28,134 nucleotides of DNA from Candidatus Thorarchaeota archaeon (GTDB lineage Archaea > Asgardarchaeota > Thorarchaeia > Thorarchaeales > Thorarchaeaceae): the NCBI GenBank assembly GCA_004524445.1, contig SDNP01000035.1, positions 1 to 28,134 of the forward strand, written 5' to 3'. The notes under the pieces were generated by a model. That model had not been told where the DNA came from. It saw nothing but the letters and a program-made list of their open reading frames with translations, and made no database searches. A program made the position numbers and the translations under genes. Below, piece by piece: positions 8,472 through 15,824 of the stretch (within the stretch, counting starts at the first letter, position 1; every line of letters begins with the position of its first letter).

Positions 8472-10748
8472 GTGTTCTCTTGTAGTAAATGTGGTCAACC
8501 AGTTTATATCAAAAATGCAGAGCTTGAGGACCATATCCTCCGAATGGAAGTACAATGCTTGAATGGCCATAAGAGCATTAGGAGAATGGCTGAGCATCAA
8601 GCTGAAGAAATGGTTGAGGAAATCTTCGACAAACTGTTTGTATGCACCGAGTGCGGCTCTCTTATGAGTCAAGTTGACACTGGAGTTGATGACGAACGGG
8701 CTGAAAGCACATTTCTTTGTCCAATTCATGGAATCGAACGACGCGAATTCCCTGCGAAATTTCTCGCATCGATTTCACTTCTAAGTGCTGACATAGACAC
8801 CTCTCAATCAATAATTGATTCATTCAGATGTTCTCAATGTGGACATGTATATGTGATTAGAGAGATCGAGAAGAGAGATGGTCTATTCGAACTTGATGTT
8901 CGTTGCCCAAACGGACACGACTCAACCCGCTATATCTCTGAAGATATCGAGGAGAGATTGCTCACTAAGGTATTGCAGAGGCTGCTGCATTGTGATAGAT
9001 GTGGACTGCCAGGGACAATAGTGGAACTAGAAGAACGCAGAAAATCCATTCGAGCGCATGTATCATGCCCAACGCATGGAGTTTCAAAAAAGGACATTCC
9101 TAAAGATTTGGTTAAAGCAGTGAGGAAGGCTGAGGACGAGATTCCTGAAGACGCAGTCGTAAGAGCCATGCTAAATTCAACTCGATGCCAAATACCCTTG
9201 GCAATCCGAGAGATTGAGGATGACAAGTCAGGCTACAAGTTCAAATGTGTATGCCCAGGGCAAGGTGATGTCGCTGACATGGTACAACCTGTTCAATGGA
9301 ACGATTCCAATTCAGCACTCATTACAGAGGCTCTGCTGACATGCAGCGAATGTGGGCTATTCACACAGATTCGGGACTTGAAGGAAAAGAGAAATGAGAT
9401 CGAGTTTCGTGTCGTATGTCCAGTTCATGGCGTGTTGGAGCGAAAGGTTCCCAAAGAGGTCTTTTCAATCGTTTTAGATAAGGAGCAATCAATTGATAGA
9501 ATACCCTCTATTGTCAGAAGCTTGACCTGTCTTGCATGCAATAATCCACTTCATTTGAGAGATGTCCAAGAAAAACATGGGCTCATAGAATTTGATATGG
9601 ATGATAAAAAAGGTCACAGAACACAGAGATTCTTTACACCCGATATGGACCAAGATGCACTGGTGAGTATCTACAAAAATCTCTATCAGTGTCCCGAGTG
9701 CTATGAGCAGCTAGACCTGGTCTATTTGGATCCTCAGGATAGTAAGACGAGAGTTGTGCGTTTATGCCCATTGCATGGGAAATTTGTTCTGGATGTTCCT
9801 CATAACCATGCTGAAGCCCTAAAACTTGCCCACGAAGAGATAGAATTGGATAAATTGACACCCCCAGAGGAAGTTCCAACCCTAGATCAAGAGAGAGAAA
9901 TAGAACCGGAAATAGAGGTTTCCAGCCCACGAGGGAAAAATGTCAAAGTACTACGAGGCTGTGAAATAGTGGGGGGGAAGTTCGACTATAAGGTGAAAGT
10001 TCTGAATGACTCTGATTACGTCATCACAAATGTCACTGTAAGCATTGTTGCGTATCCTGAAGATTGCATGGACCTGGGTGGTGAGAATGTCAAAACCATT
10101 TCAAGGATTGAGGTCGGGGGCTTTAGAAGTCCGCAATTCACATTCTATCCCACTAAAGACTGCGTTCAGGGGAAAGTTGTCGCCACCGTTTCGTATATTG
10201 ATTTCAGAGATAGATTGCATACTGTTCAGGTTGAACCTTATCTTATCCGCTCTGTGTGTGATATGCTAAAGCCCACGGAGGCAAGTAGCAAAGAATTCGA
10301 CCTCGTGCTCAATGGCCTAACAAAGACAGACCAGGAACAATTGCTTGAGTGGAATGCCCGAGTGTTGTTTACAAAAGCGGAGAAACTGCTTCCGACGAAG
10401 AATTTCCATATTATTGACACGGAGGAGCATCTTGTCAGCAATCAGTTCATTGGCACGATTAGAGGATATGCAAAAGGGAAGTACACAGAAAAGAGAGTGG
10501 CAGTAGTTATGCTCATATCTGGACCAGAGATGGGCAGGCATGCAACTGTTAAACTTGAAGCATTGGGAGACGATATTGCTATGTTGCCCACCACAATCGA
10601 TGAGCTCGCTGAGACCATGGATTCCTGGATCTGTCTTAGGTGTGGTGCGCCCCTTGAGCCTGAGGAGGTCAAGCATCTTGGCAAGAGAACGCCGATAAGA
10701 TGTCGGTATTGCTCACATACATTGACAATGGGCCTCTATATGATGTAG
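8472..10748 (+). CDS. multi-zinc-ribbon repeat protein with C-terminal coatomer/adaptin appendage-like domain and terminal C4 zinc ribbon
   Basis: Eight CxxC-x21-C-x2/3-H units. The C-terminal beta-rich region followed by 'DMLKPTEASSKEF' resembles appendage domains. Ends with CLRC...CRYC. GTG start with GAGGT upstream. Confidence 0.8.
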   Translation: MFSCSKCGQPVYIKNAELEDHILRMEVQCLNGHKSIRRMAEHQAEEMVEEIFDKLFVCTECGSLMSQVDTGVDDERAESTFLCPIHGIERREFPAKFLASISLLSADIDTSQSIIDSFRCSQCGHVYVIREIEKRDGLFELDVRCPNGHDSTRYISEDIEERLLTKVLQRLLHCDRCGLPGTIVELEERRKSIRAHVSCPTHGVSKKDIPKDLVKAVRKAEDEIPEDAVVRAMLNSTRCQIPLAIREIEDDKSGYKFKCVCPGQGDVADMVQPVQWNDSNSALITEALLTCSECGLFTQIRDLKEKRNEIEFRVVCPVHGVLERKVPKEVFSIVLDKEQSIDRIPSIVRSLTCLACNNPLHLRDVQEKHGLIEFDMDDKKGHRTQRFFTPDMDQDALVSIYKNLYQCPECYEQLDLVYLDPQDSKTRVVRLCPLHGKFVLDVPHNHAEALKLAHEEIELDKLTPPEEVPTLDQEREIEPEIEVSSPRGKNVKVLRGCEIVGGKFDYKVKVLNDSDYVITNVTVSIVAYPEDCMDLGGENVKTISRIEVGGFRSPQFTFYPTKDCVQGKVVATVSYIDFRDRLHTVQVEPYLIRSVCDMLKPTEASSKEFDLVLNGLTKTDQEQLLEWNARVLFTKAEKLLPTKNFHIIDTEEHLVSNQFIGTIRGYAKGKYTEKRVAVVMLISGPEMGRHATVKLEALGDDIAMLPTTIDELAETMDSWICLRCGAPLEPEEVKHLGKRTPIRCRYCSHTLTMGLYMM
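8481..9779 (+). repeat. eight ~57-aa zinc-ribbon repeats alternating CxxGH and CPxHG endings (4 double units)
   Basis: CSKC/CLNGH, CTEC/CPIHG, CSQC/CPNGH, CDRC/CPTHG, STRC/CPGQG, CSEC/CPVHG, CLAC/DKKGH, CPEC/CPLHG. Confidence 0.85.
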
Positions 10749-10777
10749 CAGATGAATTTTTTCTAACAAGCTTGCTG

Positions 10778-11341
10778 CTAAATGTCACCATCCCACTCAA
10801 TAGCTGTTTCTTCATTGATTCCAAGATGAGTGAGAATTCTATCTACTAACGAATCCACCAATTCCTCAATCGAGGAAGGTTTGCTCCAAAATGCGGGACT
10901 TGCTGGAAATAGAGTGGCTCCAGCCTCAACTACTTTCTCCATATTGCGAATGTGTATCAAATTAAGCGGTGCTTCTCGTGTCACTAATACCAAGGGTTTC
11001 TTCTCCTTGAGTGAGCAGTCAGCTGCTCGTGAAACTAGATTGTCCGCAAATCCGTTTGCGATACTTGACAATGTTTTCATAGAACACGGTGCAATGAGCA
11101 TCCCATCTAGATGGAAACTGCCACTGGCGGGCTTAGCTGCTAGATTCTCTTCATCATATACTTCGTGCACCTTGCTCGCAAGTTCAGCCATCGAAACGCC
11201 GGTTTCGTACTGGAGTGTCTTCTTGCCCCATTTGCTTACGACGAGATGAACCTCTATGTTGGCTTCATTCAACGCCTCAATCGATCGTACACCATATATT
11301 GCACCACTAGCACCGGTGATACATACTAGAATTCGTTTCAT
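10778..11341 (-). CDS. ubiX: flavin prenyltransferase
   Basis: ITGASGAIYG, ASGS, APCSMKTL, RAAD, LKE, REAPL and PAFW motifs. Start placed at ATG 11341 (MKRILV); GTG 11353 is possible. Confidence 0.95.
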   Translation of the reverse strand: MKRILVCITGASGAIYGVRSIEALNEANIEVHLVVSKWGKKTLQYETGVSMAELASKVHEVYDEENLAAKPASGSFHLDGMLIAPCSMKTLSSIANGFADNLVSRAADCSLKEKKPLVLVTREAPLNLIHIRNMEKVVEAGATLFPASPAFWSKPSSIEELVDSLVDRILTHLGINEETAIEWDGDI

Positions 11342-11424
11342 GACAAATACCACAATCCAGTTAGCTGTCTACCTGATTTATTGGATTAATATACTCTTTC
11401 CGGCGTAGCACTTCCCATTCCAAA

Positions 11425-13269
11425 TTACATAAGAAGTGATGATAAGAGCATGAAAAGAAATGCTATAGCACCGGCTGCAACACCCTTTTCCTTTGCGATG
11501 GCCGCAGCCTCTGCAATGTCCATAGTCAGTGTGTCAAACCCTTTTTCACCAAAGACATGCAATTGCTTGATCACATCAAAGCCAAATCCCATCTCTATCT
11601 CTTCGATATCTTCGACAGCATCTTCAGCAGCTTGCGAAATCATGTCGAGAATCTCATCCGGTTTCTCTACCCCCACAGATGGATATCCTCTGCTAGACAT
11701 AGAAACAGCATTTACAACGTGTGTATCTGTGGTCAGGATTTCCGAGGCAGTGAATCCATCGTTCTGGAGGCGCTCCAACACTCTGCCTCTGAATCCCTGA
11801 TGAACGTTGTTTCCATCTACCACAATGAATGCATACATCTCTCCATTCATTTTCATTACCAATGCGATGATACCTCCGGAACCCACTCCTTCTTTGATAC
11901 TGAATTCCTTCGGGATTCTCTGAGCAATGCCAATAGAAACCTGCCTCTTCGAGCAATCACCCAAAATGTCTACAGCCTTTGCCACCGTATCCGCATATTG
12001 TACGGCCTCAGGATCACCAGGCATAACGGACACAGCATCATCACCTATTGTGTTATGTGCATCCACTATTGAAACTTGCCCGATTTCAGGCGATTGGGAT
12101 CTGACTTTGTCTGCAGCATCCATTCCCACTTGTAGTGCGATGTCATCAGTGAAATGAGGGGCACTAGTGGTAATCGTAATCGCGTTTTCCCCCGACCCTA
12201 TTGCCCACGTTGTGAATTTGCCAGAACTGGCTTTGATTGGCCCTGAAACCTCGTGCGCCACTTCGGTTTTCTTAACCAATCTATCAATCGTCTGTAGAAT
12301 TCGCGGATATTCATCTTTGCTGGCCAGGTTCTGGTGGTGTGTACATGTCCCGTGCAAAACGAATCCCTGCACCCCGAAGTCATCTCGAATGTGTTGAATG
12401 ATTGTGGCGGGAAGGCCACTACTTCCAATATCCCTGAAGGGACCCGGGTGTATATACAAGACAGCTCCAACCGCCTTGAGCTTTCCATGCGCCTTTATCA
12501 CAATAACCTCCATTGGAAGATCCTGCGTTACAGAGATATCCCTCATGATTTGTTCGAATGGAGTTGGATTTTCAGCCAGGTAGTCGTAGCCAAAGGCTCT
12601 CAGGAGTGTTGGTCCATCAATACCCAAGTCACGCTCGAATGGCATGCTCACGGCCTTGAAGATGTACAATACAACAATCACATCCACAGCAAGAATGGCT
12701 ACCAGAGCAAACAGCCAAAATGGAGGTAATGTCGGAAGTATGCCATCCATCGATTCAATTACAAGAAAGGATATTGTCCAGACCAGAGGAATCATCAGAG
12801 CCCCGATGAAATTTCGTAGAGAGCCATAGTCGCTCATTCCGGTGATTAGAAACGAGCAGAGCAAGAAAGCGATACCTAGTCCAAGGAACCAGAGCCGAAT
12901 TTCTAGGAATGAAGAACTCAAAATGGAATCTACGACTGCACCAATTGTGCCCAATAAGCACCAAGCGATTATTCCAAGGAATATAGTTCCAAATGTTCGC
13001 CTTGTATCTAGCGGGGACCCAGGATTTCTCACGACCAAGTAGAGCAGCCCGGTTCCCGCATATGAAGAACTCAGCATCAGCAACAAGTAAGACCCGAACA
13101 CAACAGACACATCAGAAACTGCTGAAAGAAAGAATTTCGTTATTGCAATGATAAATGAGCTCAGCAACACTGTCACAAAGATTCTCGCTAGTATTCCACC
13201 AAACGAAGGCAGTTGCCATACCTTTGAGTAAAGGTTGACTGTTTCTTTTACCTTAGCCTTTTCACCCAT
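11425..13269 (-). CDS. DUF2070 family membrane protein
   Basis: About six N-terminal TMs, then HPGPFRDIGSS, HGTCTH, DAHN, DGNN and TTDTH motifs typical of archaeal DUF2070. C-terminal TM. Confidence 0.88.
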   Translation of the reverse strand: MGEKAKVKETVNLYSKVWQLPSFGGILARIFVTVLLSSFIIAITKFFLSAVSDVSVVFGSYLLLMLSSSYAGTGLLYLVVRNPGSPLDTRRTFGTIFLGIIAWCLLGTIGAVVDSILSSSFLEIRLWFLGLGIAFLLCSFLITGMSDYGSLRNFIGALMIPLVWTISFLVIESMDGILPTLPPFWLFALVAILAVDVIVVLYIFKAVSMPFERDLGIDGPTLLRAFGYDYLAENPTPFEQIMRDISVTQDLPMEVIVIKAHGKLKAVGAVLYIHPGPFRDIGSSGLPATIIQHIRDDFGVQGFVLHGTCTHHQNLASKDEYPRILQTIDRLVKKTEVAHEVSGPIKASSGKFTTWAIGSGENAITITTSAPHFTDDIALQVGMDAADKVRSQSPEIGQVSIVDAHNTIGDDAVSVMPGDPEAVQYADTVAKAVDILGDCSKRQVSIGIAQRIPKEFSIKEGVGSGGIIALVMKMNGEMYAFIVVDGNNVHQGFRGRVLERLQNDGFTASEILTTDTHVVNAVSMSSRGYPSVGVEKPDEILDMISQAAEDAVEDIEEIEMGFGFDVIKQLHVFGEKGFDTLTMDIAEAAAIAKEKGVAAGAIAFLFMLLSSLLM

Positions 13270-13362
13270 GGAATATCACCGTTGGTTCTAAAATGTTCCA
13301 CACCGTCCGTCTTATGAAACTTGCCACCTCCTTTTCCAACCAAGAAGCGTGCCCATCTATAG

Positions 13363-13408
13363 CTTTATATCGCATTCGATATTATTTCCAATATCATATT
13401 CGATATTA
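13363..13408 (+). promoter_or_regulatory. TATA-like box overlapped by two tandem palindromic operators (putative PadR sites)
   Basis: ATATCG-CATT-CGATAT at 13367-82 and ATATCA-TATT-CGATAT at 13391-406, spaced 24 bp apart. CTTTATAT at 13363-70. Confidence 0.65.
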
Positions 13409-13426
13409 ATTCCCAAATTGGAGGAA

Positions 13427-13969
13427 ATGAGAGCGATGCCAAAAACTGACACTGATGAATGCGAGGACTTGAGAGAACCGCATTCTATCCCAAGAGGTCT
13501 CCTCCGTTTCGTCGTGATGCGTCTTCTGGAGTCCAATGAGATGAGCGGGACGGATATCATGAATACGCTCCATGAGAGAAACAATGGTCAGTGGCAACCG
13601 AGCCCGGGCTCAATCTATCCGATACTCGCGTCGTTGGAAGAGGACAACTATATCGAACCCAAACCGACAGGGGGACGTAGCAAGGTCTACATCCTAACCA
13701 GTGCTGGCAAAGAGCGACTTGAACTCATGATAAAGCGGCATGCAAAGCTCAAAGATAAGGCACAGCTTGGAGCCAGACTATGGATTTCGTTGTTACGCCC
13801 ACACGAACGAGTTAAGTTTCTGAATTCGGTGATTGAATCCAACTTACAATCATTGAGGGACAATCTGAAGTACTTGACATCTGAACAGAAAAAGAAGCTC
13901 GCTGACGAGCTTGACAATCATAGACAGACAATTAGTGAATTGACAGAGAGACTGAGCAAAAATGAGTGA
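13427..13969 (+). CDS. PadR-family transcriptional regulator
   Basis: PRGLLRFVVMRLL, WQPSPGSIYPILASLEE and RSKVYILTSAG. Real start is ATG 13427 or 13436 (GGAGG at 13420), not 13349. Overlaps the next gene by 8 nt. Confidence 0.92.
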   Translation: MRAMPKTDTDECEDLREPHSIPRGLLRFVVMRLLESNEMSGTDIMNTLHERNNGQWQPSPGSIYPILASLEEDNYIEPKPTGGRSKVYILTSAGKERLELMIKRHAKLKDKAQLGARLWISLLRPHERVKFLNSVIESNLQSLRDNLKYLTSEQKKKLADELDNHRQTISELTERLSKNE

Positions 13970-15824
13970 GATTGAGTATCTAGGCGGAGAGAGAACAACC
14001 CGTAGAGGAGCTGCAAGCTATATGCTTAGCGGCTTGCTGCGAAACAAAGGAATCACGATACTAGCCCTTATTCTTACAGTAGTATCAACTTTCTTACTGA
14101 CAATCCCGATGGTGATTGTAGGTTTGGCAATTGACGAATTAGCCCTGTCCGGTCTTAGTGCCCAATTCGTGATGTATGTCTGGGAGATAGCTGGTCTCAC
14201 TGCATTATACATGGGCCTCTATTTTGTAGTTGGGTATATCTGGGCAATTGTCACACTGAGATGGGAACGAGATGCCAGACAAGAATTCTTCGAGGGATTA
14301 CAGGAATACAGCATGACATTTCATGACCAAATAGACAGCAAAAGAATACTATCCATTGCCATGCAGGACATTAGATGGGTTAGATTTTCCCTAAATCCAG
14401 CACTAAGAAATCTTGCAGGGGGATTGGCACAATTTGCAATTACTGGAGCTTTCCTTGCAGCTATCGACCTGCTACCGTCCATGACCGGTTTCATCTCCAT
14501 CGCAGGAATTCCAATTCTCGGATTCACTTTGATCATGCTCATTGGCGCGCCACTATACCTTGCCTTCGCATACAGATACGCTAACGCAGTCGAGCCCATC
14601 AGGAGGAAACGATCTGAAGACATGGAACGGCTGACTTCTATTTCACAGGGTGTATTTCGCGGCATTGAAGTCGTGAGGGCATTTGGTGCAGAAGATCGAG
14701 AAGAAGAAAAATTCCGGAAAGCCAGTGAGGAGTATAAGGAGTCTGTTGCAAAAGAGGGAAAGCTGGCAGCCTTCTACATCCCTGCACTTGTTTTAACAGG
14801 AATGACCGCTTTGGCTTTCTTCTATGGCGGTTTTGCCGTGATTTCCGGAGCTCTAACTATTGGAGGGTTCATTCAAGTGCTCACTCTTCTTTCAGCCCTA
14901 GTTGGCTTGAATTTCCTACTACCCAGAATGCTCCTAGTTCTGCGAGGCGGCTACGTTAATGCTCAGAGAGTCGTTGATATTTTGAATTGGGAAGATCCGA
15001 TGATTGAACCTCCAGAAGAGGAGGAAGGATTCGATTGGACTGGAGACATTGTATTTGACAATGTCAGTTTTCGGTATGGAGCAGAGAATGAGAACGGAAA
15101 CCACTATGCTCTAAAAAATATTAATCTAACAATTCCCGGAGGGTCGCGTGTAGCACTTATAGGTGGGCCAGGTGGAGGAAAAAGCACGATTCTAAAACTC
15201 ATATTGCGTCTATATGATCCAACTGAAGGCGAAATTAGGATAGGTGACAAGGGTTTGCAGCATGCCCGCACAGAAACCGTTCGGGATGCAGTAGGGTTGG
15301 TGGAACAGGATGTTTTCCTGTTCAGGATGAGTGTACGTGAGAATATAGCATTTGGAGATAAGAATGCAAGCTTGGAAGAGGTCAAGCGGGCTGCCAAAAG
15401 AGCACAGGCACATGAGTTCATCAAGGAACTGCCCGAGCAATACGACTCCATGGTTGGCGAGAGAGGAATGACCCTGAGCGGCGGCCAACGTCAACGTTTA
15501 GCCATAGCCAGGGCTCTCGTTCAAGACCCAGAAATTCTGCTACTGGATGATTCAGTAAGTGCCGTTGACGCTCAGACAGAATATCTACTCAGACAAGCCC
15601 TTGAGGAGGTCATGGTCGGAAGAACCAGTATCACAGTAACCCAGAGACTCAGAACGCTTCTGGAATCAGATATGGTTGTAATTGTCGATAAGGGACAGCT
15701 TGTTGATGTAGGAAGTCACGATAAGCTGATGAGGAGTTCTGAGCAATATAGGAGAATCTTTGAACGTTTACCGGGAGCACGGCAATTGCTTGATTCCATC
15801 GCCACCCAGGGAGGTGCTGTCTAA
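13962..15824 (+). CDS. heterodimeric ABC exporter subunit 1 (TMD+NBD, non-canonical catalytic residues)
   Basis: Walker A GGPGGGKS, signature LSGGQRQ, Walker B LLLDDS (Glu to Asp) and switch TQRL (His to Gln). Confidence 0.93.
   Translation: MSEIEYLGGERTTRRGAASYMLSGLLRNKGITILALILTVVSTFLLTIPMVIVGLAIDELALSGLSAQFVMYVWEIAGLTALYMGLYFVVGYIWAIVTLRWERDARQEFFEGLQEYSMTFHDQIDSKRILSIAMQDIRWVRFSLNPALRNLAGGLAQFAITGAFLAAIDLLPSMTGFISIAGIPILGFTLIMLIGAPLYLAFAYRYANAVEPIRRKRSEDMERLTSISQGVFRGIEVVRAFGAEDREEEKFRKASEEYKESVAKEGKLAAFYIPALVLTGMTALAFFYGGFAVISGALTIGGFIQVLTLLSALVGLNFLLPRMLLVLRGGYVNAQRVVDILNWEDPMIEPPEEEEGFDWTGDIVFDNVSFRYGAENENGNHYALKNINLTIPGGSRVALIGGPGGGKSTILKLILRLYDPTEGEIRIGDKGLQHARTETVRDAVGLVEQDVFLFRMSVRENIAFGDKNASLEEVKRAAKRAQAHEFIKELPEQYDSMVGERGMTLSGGQRQRLAIARALVQDPEILLLDDSVSAVDAQTEYLLRQALEEVMVGRTSITVTQRLRTLLESDMVVIVDKGQLVDVGSHDKLMRSSEQYRRIFERLPGARQLLDSIATQGGAV

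Noticed and set aside
10778-13969. PadR-UbiX phenolic-acid decarboxylation system
   Set aside because: No decarboxylase gene is present. PadR overlaps the ABC genes, which is the common PadR-exporter arrangement.
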